A stretch of DNA of 60,275 bases, filler included, from Sphacelaria rigidula (Eukaryota), in assembly GCA_964200075.2 (NCBI GenBank). It is 4 parts of 4 records of this genome, joined end to end, with 100 filler letters (N's around TTAATTAATTAA, not from the genome) between each part and the next. Parts side by side here need not be neighbours in the genome. Positions count along the whole stretch, not along the records: positions 1 to 14,996 come from CAXNAA020001956.1; positions 15,097 to 30,090 come from CAXNAA020001957.1; 2 more parts are not named here. One strand, written 5' to 3'. Shown in pieces: positions 12,901-23,300 of this stretch (positions within the stretch are counted from its first letter, which is position 1; each line of letters opens with the position of its first letter). The position numbers and the translations under genes were made by a program. The notes below the pieces were generated by a model, which was not told the origin of the DNA, searched no databases, and saw only the letters and a program-made list of their open reading frames with translations.

Positions 12901-14590
12901 CTACGTCGTGCAGTACGTGCTTGGAACCTGCGGCAGGGAAGAGGCCGACACCCTGGTCACCGTGCCGCTTGGGAAGGTGACACACGTTCCCCCGCCCCCC
13001 TCCTCGCCAGTACAATTCACGTGAACTCGGCGACTAAATTCCGTGCTTGACGAGATTTTTTGGTTTGTGCACGCCATCATCTTCGGATTTGTACAGGGTT
13101 CACGGACCCAAGCATTCGCCCGGCGTGTGCGGTGTACGTTTTTCCGGTCGAATCAGGGCCGCGTAAAAATGTTTCTCTGGATTCTGACCTATAAAATGGG
13201 TACACTCTCGGCACTCATGTTATGTTTTGGCCACTCACGACTCATGTTTTTGAAATGGCTTCGGACATACCATGAGATGAGTATTGCCGTTCTTGAGGCT
13301 CTCGAGGTCTTGTGACCACGATGAGCAGAGAACGGTCGTTTGGTGTTGACTGTTGAAGAACAACCTGCTTGTACACCTCTCGGTGAAACGTACATCGGCA
13401 GGTGGCCATGCTGAGCATGCAAAAGTTTTCGAGCAACGTGATCGAAAAGTGCATGGACAGGGCGTCTGAGGAGGTCATCGTCAAGTATGTGCACGAGCTC
13501 GCGGACCCCGCCGCGATGCGACCCCTCCTGCAGGCGAGTCTTTTTGTTTCGCCACCCCCAACTCATTTGTATATCCCCCTCCGAATAATTCATATGACAT
13601 ATAGTTCCCTCTATCCTACAAGTTGAGATCCTTGTGATCACATCGACGATTAATGGTGTCTCGACGCCGTCGGCGTAATTTTTTTCATTTTCTTTTTTCT
13701 TGGAAACCCTGTTTTATATTGCATGTACTACCCTGCATGCATGAACGACCGAGAAAAAAAACAGTTTGCCCGAAAAAGGCCGCATTTCGCTTTTATTTTT
13801 AGGGGCGAAAAAGTGTCGGGGAAGGACGAGAAAACACTTTTGTTGGTGGTCCTCGCCGCCACTGGCGCTTGATGCTAGGAAGTCCCAAGCCTTCGTCGAG
13901 GCCTCCTGACGATGGTTTTGTCTTACCTCTCATTGACTAATTCAATTGTTGAGGCTTGTTAAAAGAAAGATACGTGACGTGTATTTTGACTCGCTTTTTC
14001 GTTGTTGGCTGGTATCCTCGATGGAATAACAGGATCAGTACGCCAACTACGTTATTCAGAAGACTCTTCAGCTCGCCCCACGGGACGCTGCTCTGACGCT
14101 GGTCGAGAGCATCCGCGAACACTTGCCGCTCATGCGAAACTCTTCGGGCGGCCGCCGCATGCTCACCAAGATCGCCAAGCGTTTCCCGGTGAGGCAGAAG
14201 GAGAAGCCGGGGGCGTTGGTGATGACTACTTTTTGGCACATGTCGCGTATTTCGTCCACTCGTCTTGCTCAGGGATGCGTCATGGACGAGTGTGGATGGT
14301 GTCGGTGGTGCTTGTCGGCTGCTATTTGAAAGGTTGGGATATTCCGCGACTGCGTTATTTGCAGTCGTGTTCGAGGATGAAAAGCATCCTGGTTCGCTGA
14401 GCACACGACGCGGCACCCTCCTCCCATGGTCTTTGCGCGCTCAACGGATATCCTCCTGCCCCGTCCCCGTCCCCTCTGTCTACCATCCTCGTCCCTTTCA
14501 TTTCACGAAAATTCACAGGAGATCAACCTCGACGATGACTTGGCTGTCCCTGGTGCTGCGGTCATGGAGCAGCCCAAAATAGAGGCATGA
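956..14590 (+). CDS. Pumilio/PUF-family RNA-binding protein (8 PUF repeats, Puf4/Puf5-type), 5' end outside the contig
   Basis: Exons 956-1048, 1229-1503, 3800-3893, 4806-4982, 7092-7193, 8106-8183, 8746-8838, 11644-11769, 12193-12333, 12887-12976, 13402-13533 (GC donor), 14033-14188, 14519-14590 splice in frame. Repeat signatures are DQIGCRLLQ, DPFGNYLFQ, NLHGTRSVQ, DTNGNHVVQ, HRHGCCVLQ, DPYGNYVVQ, QKFSSNVIE, DQYANYVIQ. The N-terminal region is Q/P-rich. Confidence 0.95.
1681..1778. mobile_element. 98-bp piggyBac-like MITE; homologs at 36372-36469, about 10171-10272 and about 10620-11030
   Basis: Begins TTAA|CCCTTAGGCCGCGAG and ends CTTGCGGTCTAAAGG|TTGA. The copy at 36372 is the reverse orientation with TTAA/TTTA flanks. 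Confidence 0.65.
2674..2931. repeat. Inverted repeat with arms of about 85 bp
   Basis: 2674-2759 is a near-perfect reverse complement of 2846-2931. Confidence 0.85.
3177..3300 (+). repeat. Dispersed repeat family with terminus GGGGG(T/C)GTACTCAT...GACCATTGAC
   Basis: Related copies at 3482-3520, 7910-8030 (-), 14945-14996, 20805-20852, 36920-37040 (-) and 45291-45337 (-). Confidence 0.7.
5092..5432 (+). mobile_element. tRNA-derived SINE family A, copy 1
   Basis: A-box-like GGCTCAGTCGG head; body (CCTTCTTCCGTGTGACCCCGGCTGGTGCGCCCAC) shared with the copies at 15879, 38836 and 57151. Confidence 0.7.
5770..6300 (+). repeat. Degenerate tandem duplication, unit about 320 bp
   Basis: TCAATAACACCCTCCTG..AACGGGGT at 5782 and 6103 with colinear downstream similarity; a related motif lies at 38351. 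Confidence 0.6.
10678..10976 (-). mobile_element. SINE family B copy
   Basis: Reverse-complement homolog of 42323-42638, including the A and B boxes. Confidence 0.8.
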
Positions 14591-14996
14591 TGCCTTGACT
14601 CAGTTAACCGTCTCATATGTGAGTGTAGCGATTGACATTAATGTGAGTCGAACGCGGAGGACTCACTTGCATCTCGAGTCTACCGGCAACGCTTACGAAG
14701 GACACACACAATTCACGGACAAACACACAATGGCCGTGGTGGCGACTTGCTGGATAGTGTGAGTACTAATTGTTTCGGAGTGCGCGGGCGATGTCGGCCG
14801 AAGTCAGGAGAGTGACTGGGGCGTGTTGGGAGGTTGCAGTGGGGTGTGGTTCGGTGGGTCGGCAGGCGGGATGATGGCTGTCATGTGTGGAGTGAGTGGT
14901 GACTGTGATCGCCGTGTATTTCCATGCGGAAAGTCTTCACTCGGGAGGGGGGGGGCGTACTCATTTGTTGCTTGCCTTAGTCGTTTGACCATTGAC

Positions 14997-15096
14997 NNNN
15001 NNNNNNNNNNNNNNNNNNNNNNNNNNNNNNNNNNNNNNNNTTAATTAATTAANNNNNNNNNNNNNNNNNNNNNNNNNNNNNNNNNNNNNNNNNNNN
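14997..15096. other. Artificial contig linker
   Basis: N44-TTAATTAATTAA-N44, giving stops in all six frames. Confidence 0.97.
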
Positions 15097-15878
15097 GTCG
15101 AACGCACGGCCCAATTCGACGAGTCTTGAGCTGAAATTTTGGGAAGACCTTTTGCACCCAGGGATCTGATACTTCATGAGTCCAGCTGAAGATTCTTTTT
15201 TTTTTTCCTGGACTTCTGGCATTATCTAGTTTTTTTCCGAGATTTCAAATCCCCATAACTTCCTTAATTTTTATTTATTTATTTGCTGGATCTTCTGCAT
15301 TTTGATCATGAAAGGCTGCTGTCAAAATTTCAGCGCCCAACTTCTAATATCGCGCCGTGCGTCGCGTGAGCGAGGTTCACGCCTACTCCATCCTGGCTGG
15401 CCCCGACTTCGGGGTGAAGAAACGACGTTTTGGGGTCCAAAAATCGTTCTTTCGCACATACCCTTTGGGGGAACGGAAGGCTAGAAACACCCCCAAATAG
15501 TGTTGGACAAGTCGGGAAGGGATGGGGTCGTCCGTTTTTATTATTTATTATTATTTCCGCACATTAGTCCGATCTCGCGAACCCGTGGTCATGTATGAAA
15601 GTAATTTGTTATGACCTTAGGTCAGGGGAAGCACGGCTTTTGAGTTGAGCGCCATTTTTTATCCAACCCCATTTTCGAGAATCCACTGTTGTTCCAGTCT
15701 GGCTCAATGCTACCCGATTTTGCTCCAGCTCTTCCAACTCCACCCCCACCCCCCCAACCCCCCCATCTCCACTCTGTCTCGCTTGCCTACAGATAGATTT
15801 CGACCGAAGCGGAACCTACAGCCAATGACATTCCCCTCCCCCGGACAACTTTTTGATGACGGTACCAAAATGTGAATT

Positions 15879-16239
15879 TGTGTGTGTGTTGTGTTGTCGT
15901 CCCATCTATTCTAGACGCCGGTCTACACCTTTCGGTTTATGTGGGCGCACCAGCCGGGGTCACACAGGAAGAAGGACAACACAAGAGCTTGTTATTTTTT
16001 CCTTGTTTTTGGTACTCTACCTCCCTTCTGCGGTGCTTGCCTTTATTTTTTATCGCGAGAGGGGTTCAGCAGTCCCTTTCCCTCGTCGATCGTTAAGTCG
16101 GACTATGTGTACCCACGACATAGTCGCTCTCCACTGTTGGGCATGGTGTGAGAAAAAATCCGAGATCGCTCCTAGACTTGAACCCTAGACCCAACCCTCA
16201 GAGGGTTTCGAGGCTTCCAACTGAGTCACCGGGGCAACC
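15879..16239 (-). mobile_element. tRNA-derived SINE family A, copy 2
   Basis: Minus-strand head GGTTGCCCCGGTGACTCAGTTGG...GGTTCAAGTC, shared body and a (CA)/(CAA)-type tail. Confidence 0.75.
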
Positions 16240-16318
16240 ACTCACGTATTAAATTCGTGAACCGTGTTTTTAGTGTAATCTGTGATCGTGCAGGACAAGT
16301 GGGCAAGCAATCGGCAGA

Positions 16319-19300
16319 ATGTCTAAACGGTCGAGCATCGGCGTCGATAAGGAGAACGAGGAAGAAGCCGCGCCCCCAGAGCCGGAAACAGGCAACGGCA
16401 AATTCCTTTTTCCGGGGGGGGGCATGTACGGTGAGAGGCTCGCGTGGTTCGCGGCTTATGTCTCTTACAGTGACTGCACGATGCACACAAGAAAACCAGA
16501 CTGATATGATGTTGACGTCTCCAAACTCTGGTTCCGTGTGGCAAGCATCCTGAACAGCTCTCCGCCTCCAGTTTAACCCATCAATATGTTAGTCCCAGTC
16601 CACTGTCACGGCCGACCAATATCTATCGACTGGGCGCCGCACGTGACTCTTTGAACATCATTTGGCCCCGAAGGTCCAGGAGTGTGTTGCATCTCTTTAT
16701 CGAGGATCCACATACGGGTACTTTGAGAGCCTCGAGCGTTGACGGCGGATCTATCTCCATGCTGTGTGGATACTCCCACATTGAGGGGGGTAATCCCGCA
16801 AGTGTCCGTCGAGGACGATCACCTTTTCACACATGCCACATTCACGCTAGTTGGTGAATGGCGTACATGTACAAGCATTGAGGGGTTGGATCAAACGTTA
16901 GGCGTGGCTGATTGTGCATAGCCGAGTAACACACGTACTGATGGCATTCCTGCAAATCAGTGGTTGTGGCTGCCGAGCGTCGTTTTTGCTCACGGCAAGC
17001 CGATACTCACTTATTTCGCTGTGTCTTGGTAGAGGGCGAGTACATGGTGATGGATGGCGCCGTGGTACGGCACGGGAAAGGGAAAAATGTGGACGATCAA
17101 GAGCTCTTCATCGGAGAGTGGCACTACGATGTCATGCACGGCGAAGGTGTAGTAGTTGTACCTATCCTTCCTTGATCCCTGCTGTCGTTGAAAGCATACA
17201 AACATATACCGTAGAACAAGTAAAATTGTATGATGGCGGCGACGACAGCCACTCTATCTGGTGGGTAGGGTGACAGCAAGCACATGCAGTCAGACGAAGG
17301 GGTGTCACAATAGCCGTTCCAGAGGCGACAGCCAATTTTTTCAACATTCTTGCACGGCTAATGAGAAGTAGATTGCGTCCACACGGCGGCTGAAACCTCT
17401 CGTCAGAAGGGAGGACGATTGCTCATGTTTTTTTTGTTTCTCAGACAACAAACCGATCAAGCAGCCGAGAGTCTTGTGTTTCGTACCCAACGCGTGCTGA
17501 ACCGAGAGGTCTCGCTTGCTGATCACACATGTTGCTACACCCTTCTGCAACACACTATCCAAATATGGCATACATGCACTTACAGGCGAGATGTCTTTTG
17601 GGTCGAACGCGACGTACCGCGGCTCATTCGTAGAAAACAAGTTTAACGGTTTCGGAACGTACACGTGGCCAGACGGAGCGGTGTACGAGGGGTATTGGCG
17701 AGATAACAAGTGAGTGTACCAACCATAATCGCGCCCCCCACCCCCTCCCTGGAACCCTCCTCCTTTTGTTAGTTCTCGAATCACACTATTGTAGGACAAC
17801 AGATGCACGGCTGTCAACATGATGATGCTGACTCTGCGTAGTTCTGAATATGCCCATGTAAAAATGGTGTCGCACAGGGAGGAACATTGTGAAAATGATT
17901 CGACCGAGGTCTACCTGCACAAGGGCCAGATCCCCTCCAAGGTAGACACCAAGGTTGTGTTCTGTAGGGTACGGTCATTCGTATGCCTGTATACCCGGAG
18001 TGTTTTCCCGAGTATTACCCGTACCCGACACTTATGTGGCTCGTGTAAGATTTTCATACCAGTACCAGACAGTTCGGTTACTTTTTTAGGGCTTTCATAC
18101 CCCGAGCCGATAGTTCTGCGAGTGCTGTAAGCCTCCCATACCCTTCCCGGGGGCACGGGTATACCCTTGTGAAATACCGGCACGGTTTTCTGTGTAACCT
18201 CATGAACCTACCCGACAAGTTCTGTGACTCCTGGAAGACTTTCATACCGGTACCCGACAATTCTGTAAGTTCTGTGACGCTTTAATACCGATACCCGATA
18301 GTTCTGGAAGTTCTGCAAGCCTCAGGTCTCCCAGATCCTTACCCCGGGTTAGGGTATACCCTTGTAGACACACTCGATACAGACAGGAGAACAGTATGTA
18401 CCCTGGGGAGGTATGGATATAGATTTCATCCGGACACAATCTGATGACCTGAACTTGTACCCCAAACCCCCATCAACCAACCCCCCATCAACCAACCCCC
18501 CATCGTTCACTCGACACCACACTCTCATAAAATTCAAATTTGTAAGTGTCGTAGAGTGATAGGTTACGCGGTACCGTTGAGTGGAAACACAAAACATGAG
18601 CAGGAATGCAGGCCGTGAGGATGGATTACCCCAAACTCGAGTAGTGGCTCGAGTTTGGACAGTTCATCTGCGCCACAAGGGGGACCAAGTAGCAAGGTGC
18701 AGGTCGTCGATGTTGATGGTCGTGTTCAAGGGTGTTCAAGGTCGTGTTCTATATAGGGTCCGGTTGTTTTTGTATACCCAGGGATTTCCCGAGAAAAGTT
18801 ACACGCACCCCACAGTTTTCGTGACTCATGTAAGACTTTCATACGGATAACCGATAGTTCTGTGAGTTCTGTAGGATTTTCATATCGGTACCCGACAGTT
18901 ACATGAGTTCTGCAAGTCTCCCATCCCCTTAACCGAGAGTTCTGCAAGTTATGTACAAGATGTCTCCCCTCACCCGGGGCGTGGGTATACCCTTGTAAAA
19001 ATTTCCGGTTGCGGGTTCGGTTTTCTGTGCAACATTCATACCCTACCCCGACGAGTTGCGTGAATTCTGTAAGCCTCCCATACCCTACCGGGCAAGGTTC
19101 TGTAACTTATGTGAGACTTTCATACCGGTAGCCGATAGTTTTGTAAGTTATGAATGGAATTTCGCACCCTACCGAACCTACACGTACCCTTCAGAACACA
19201 GCCTTGGTAGAAACAACAGCAAGTAAGTTCATCTCTACCCGGCCACCCCCACCCGCTCACGCTATTGCACCTGTTTGTTCGGGTTTGTGACAGAATGCAT

Positions 19301-19399
19301 GGACGAGGTTGCTACACGGATGACAAGAAGAGCTGTTGGGAGGGACAGTTTTTCAACGGAATGTTCGACAACAGTCGCTCCATGGTCGCACTACGATGA
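16319..19399 (+). CDS. MORN2: MORN repeat-containing protein, MORN2-like
   Basis: Exons 16319-16430, 17033-17146, 17586-17709, 19294-19399 splice in frame with GT-AG. MORN motifs: FIGEWHYDVMHGEG, YRGSFVENKFNGFGTYTWPDGAVYEGYWRDNKMHGRG. Confidence 0.85.
17950..19206. mobile_element. Non-autonomous hAT-like element in MORN2 intron 3
   Basis: 24-bp TIR CAAGG(T/C)TGTGTTCTG(T/A)AGGGTACG, 8-bp TSD GTAGACAC/GTAGAAAC, interior built of repeated GTTCTGT / CATACCGGTACCCGA motifs. Confidence 0.8.
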
Positions 19400-20392
19400 A
19401 CACCCACGCGAAACATGCGTTTCGCTTTTACTACATGATGCAGCACGCGACAGCAGTGAGAGAGGAACAAATCATCCGTGTCAGGCTCAACGTGTGACCT
19501 CTATATGTTCCCCATGTACTCCAACAGCCAAATAGTTCAGCACTCATCTGTGTTCAAGCAGATATGTGCTGGAGCCAGAAGTCAACTGCTGTAGTATCCA
19601 TTCATTTCTAGCACGGATGTTCCCTTAGTTGGTGATATTTGAGGCTGCGGTTCACAAGTGCTAGCACCGGCCAAGCCTCGATGAGCACACATGAGAATAT
19701 CAAAACTCGATGTAACCAAATACTGGCGAGTACACGAGCATGGTACACGTATACGAGGTGAATCTGCAGATTTCGGTAGTTGACCCTGGCAATACAACAG
19801 TTTGAGTACGTTTCCTTTCTCCATCGCCACCTCATTTTTTTCCCAGGTATCACTTGGTTACACTTGGTGACGTAGCAACCGTGCAATGCATTCCATCGCG
19901 CTGCCTGCACGAATGCCGTGGCTACCACTACCGCTGTCGACAGTCACATCAACAAAACACTACTGTACACCTGCACGAGGGACACATCTGCACGCAAACG
20001 TACAACGCAGACATACGAATCTGCCGAACTCGCCTTGACGAACATCGTGGATCAACATCGTAGACCTCAACTCCCGTCCTATCGCCCACTCACCAAGGGG
20101 TTGCTCCCCTGTACCCTACACTGCATATGGGTCTAAACGGTGAGCATGCTGGATGCGTTCCACTGGTTTCCAATCCTGGGCCAACTCTGAGCCTTCAACA
20201 AAAGCACACGCCGACATTAAACCCATGTTGAATATACAAAGGCAGTAAGTCGGTCCAAAACCTCAACACACGTGAAAATTGATCACTCACCCCCCTTGGT
20301 CACGTCCCCCAAATTTCACAAGCTATTTCACAACACTAATCTCCTCTTATTTTTTCACACTTGATTGTTGTGTCCTCGACCACGTTCAGTTT

Positions 20393-23300
20393 TCACTTCT
20401 TGTCTTTTGGACGCGGCTTTATCTCCTCGTCCGTCACGGAGTGGACATAGATGTTGTGCGTTCCCTGTGGGCTGGCGTGCTCCACACCCTGAGACCAGTC
20501 GTAGCTCGCCGCATACCTGTGCATGAAAAAAACAGGAGGCATGAGCAAAAACAAATAGCTCCTTGTTTAGGCAAGACTTTCCGTGAAAATCCGACACATG
20601 AACACATTAGCTTACAGTTTTCAGCCGTGAACCGGTACGGTGGGATAGAGATACGTCATGAGTGACAGGCGGACAACAGCGCGAGCACCAAACGGTTATT
20701 CCGCCCACGAAAGTCAGACATTAACATGCAGCGTGGGCAAATAACGTATAGCACAAGGGCGTTTCAGCCAAGGGCGCAGCCAAATGTGAGGGGATAAGTC
20801 TTACGGGGGGGTGTACTCATGATCTTTCATGCCGTAGTCATACGACCATTACGGGGATGGGGAGAAAGGGTGCGAAACGAGTGGATTGTCGCTGGTCCAT
20901 CATCTCCGTAGTGGTCGTGACGGAACACGGCTGGCTCTCTTGTGACGGTCGACTCACCCGAAGAGTTTACCGTCGGCACTGAATTTGCAAACCGGGATAG
21001 TATTTCCAAGTTTGGGATCGAAGGCTTTCAGCCGCTGTCGAGAGTCCTTGTCCCAGAAGTGGAAGTTCCCGTCCGACCCTGCTGTCGCGAACGTGCCGAA
21101 ATGGTGAAACGCGATCGAGTTCACGGAGTACACTGCTGGCGAAGTTCCCTGGGATTGAAACGACCGACATACGGAGAAAAAAACGAAGAGGGAGAGGGAG
21201 AAGGGATGCCGAAGCGGGTAAAGATATGTGCGTGGGCGTTTCCGTCCCGTGAATGATTATGGTGGCATCGTGCATCTACTACTGCAACAATGTTTAGCGA
21301 AAATATGAAATACAGTGTGGTAGGGGTGCTGCATCCCGTGGATCAAGATGCAGTGGCATTCATGACGCATCAACTCATTGATTGATTGTTGGACGTTGAT
21401 TGATCCCCGAGGTAGTCACGATCCAGCCGTGGTGAATATCCACAAGGTGTACGTACCCAAGGGAGACCCTCAGCGGATGAACCCCGATAAAGGGAAAATA
21501 CGAACAAAGAAAGATACAACAGACGGAGTAAACTTAACGACAACAAAACACGAAAAAAGAACGAAAACCAAAGACTCATGTGCAGCAACAAATCAAGAGG
21601 TGGATTCGAACCCGGCGTGGACCGTGTCACAGTGCACCTGATGACAAAAATACGCACGGCGGTGCACGAAACAGACACACGCGAGCAGAGGTTATTGACA
21701 GCGGCTTATTCGCTTTGCCAGGGGAAAAAACTGTATACTGCTCGGCAAACATACACGAGAAAAAAAATAGTTAGGTTTGTCGTATCTTGAGATTGTAACT
21801 TACCGAAACGCGATGACACTTGAACGCGAAGCCAAGCTTTGTACCGGAACTGTACGAGCCGACTGGTTTGTAGCCACTCCCCTGCTGTTTCGCCGCTTGC
21901 TCGCTGAAGTATTCGATGCCAACCCGACCTTCTATTGAACCCACCGCGAAGCCTTGTTGGTCCGGAAATATCGAAACACATCTGTCAAGAACAACGTGAC
22001 GAGGCGAGCACTGTAACGAGCATTGAAACGATCATGACAAAGGTATGTACAACGCCATGCATTGTTGCTGGATACTTCTATGTGAATAAACATGCATGAG
22101 AACTGTCATGGCGACATCCCTTTTTCATTGCGCCAATTATGAGCCATGCTACGATAGGGGGGGGGAGTGTTCGATTCCACACAAAAAATGTGCTCATAGA
22201 TGCGTCAAACGATCTTGAACACTCGCGGTGCGCTTGTATCTGGGTAAAAGCGGTGTAAAGCAGTATAAATGAGCGTTATTTATCGGGAGGCGCTTTCTAA
22301 CAACTGTTGGCTGCTTTCAACGGCGATTGGCGTGGAATTTCGTGGAATGAAACGGCCCAAAATACCTCCCCTCCCTTTCGTAGCATGACTCTCATGTTTG
22401 CGGAACTTCTGGTACTTCGAGTACTTCGAGGGTGATCTCCACCAACCAAAGTGGCAGCAGCTAGGGCGGCTCGACCTGACGTCGAACACAAGAGGCACCG
22501 GACGCACAACTGCTCCCTCCAAGCCCTCAACCCTTGGATCGCGACAATAGTGGTCCCCATGATTAATGCGTGCCATGAGAGGTTCGTTTGGTGTTTTTTT
22601 TCACACGACTGCTACGCTGACTGCGTCTTCTCACCTGGTCTGATATCGCAACGGGGAGTCGGTGTGCGTCTGAGGCGCGGGGCCGTTGTTCCAAGCTCCC
22701 AAGTTGTAGACGCTGATCTGCGGAGAGTTGAGTCAAAAATGGGAGCGGAACACGGTGCACACCATGAGATTGCGGCGTGGGTCAGCACGGAGGTCGATGA
22801 CGGTTTACCTGACGATGAAAAGGATTCGAAACAGGGTCGTGAAAGGGCAAACATATAGACTGCAAGAAACGCTGCTGCGTAGGGCATCTTCACGAAGTCT
22901 ACGGAAGACAATCTCCGAAGCAGTGTACAAGTCGACTGAAGACAGTGTAGCAGCAGCAGAGTTCACGTTACAGAAAGTCCAGTAACACCAACAAAAACAT
23001 GCTGCCGCAGCATAGCGCTGTGCTCGACCAGGACACACAACCGGTGAAACAGGTGGAGTGGATCCATCATTACCCTAGGGTTAGCGGTCTTTCTCTGAAG
23101 AGATCAGCGGGATACCATACGTAAACTCGCCTTCTTGTCGGCAGTAGCCACGACCATCATAGCCCCCTTGGTGTCCATAGAGTATGCTCTTTCAGACAGA
23201 TTCACCACGGCGGCCGGGTTCGACGTCCTCAGGTCCCAAAACTTCACCGTACGATCCCTGTACCACAATGTCAGAACGCGAGCGAAGCGCAACGTGCAGC

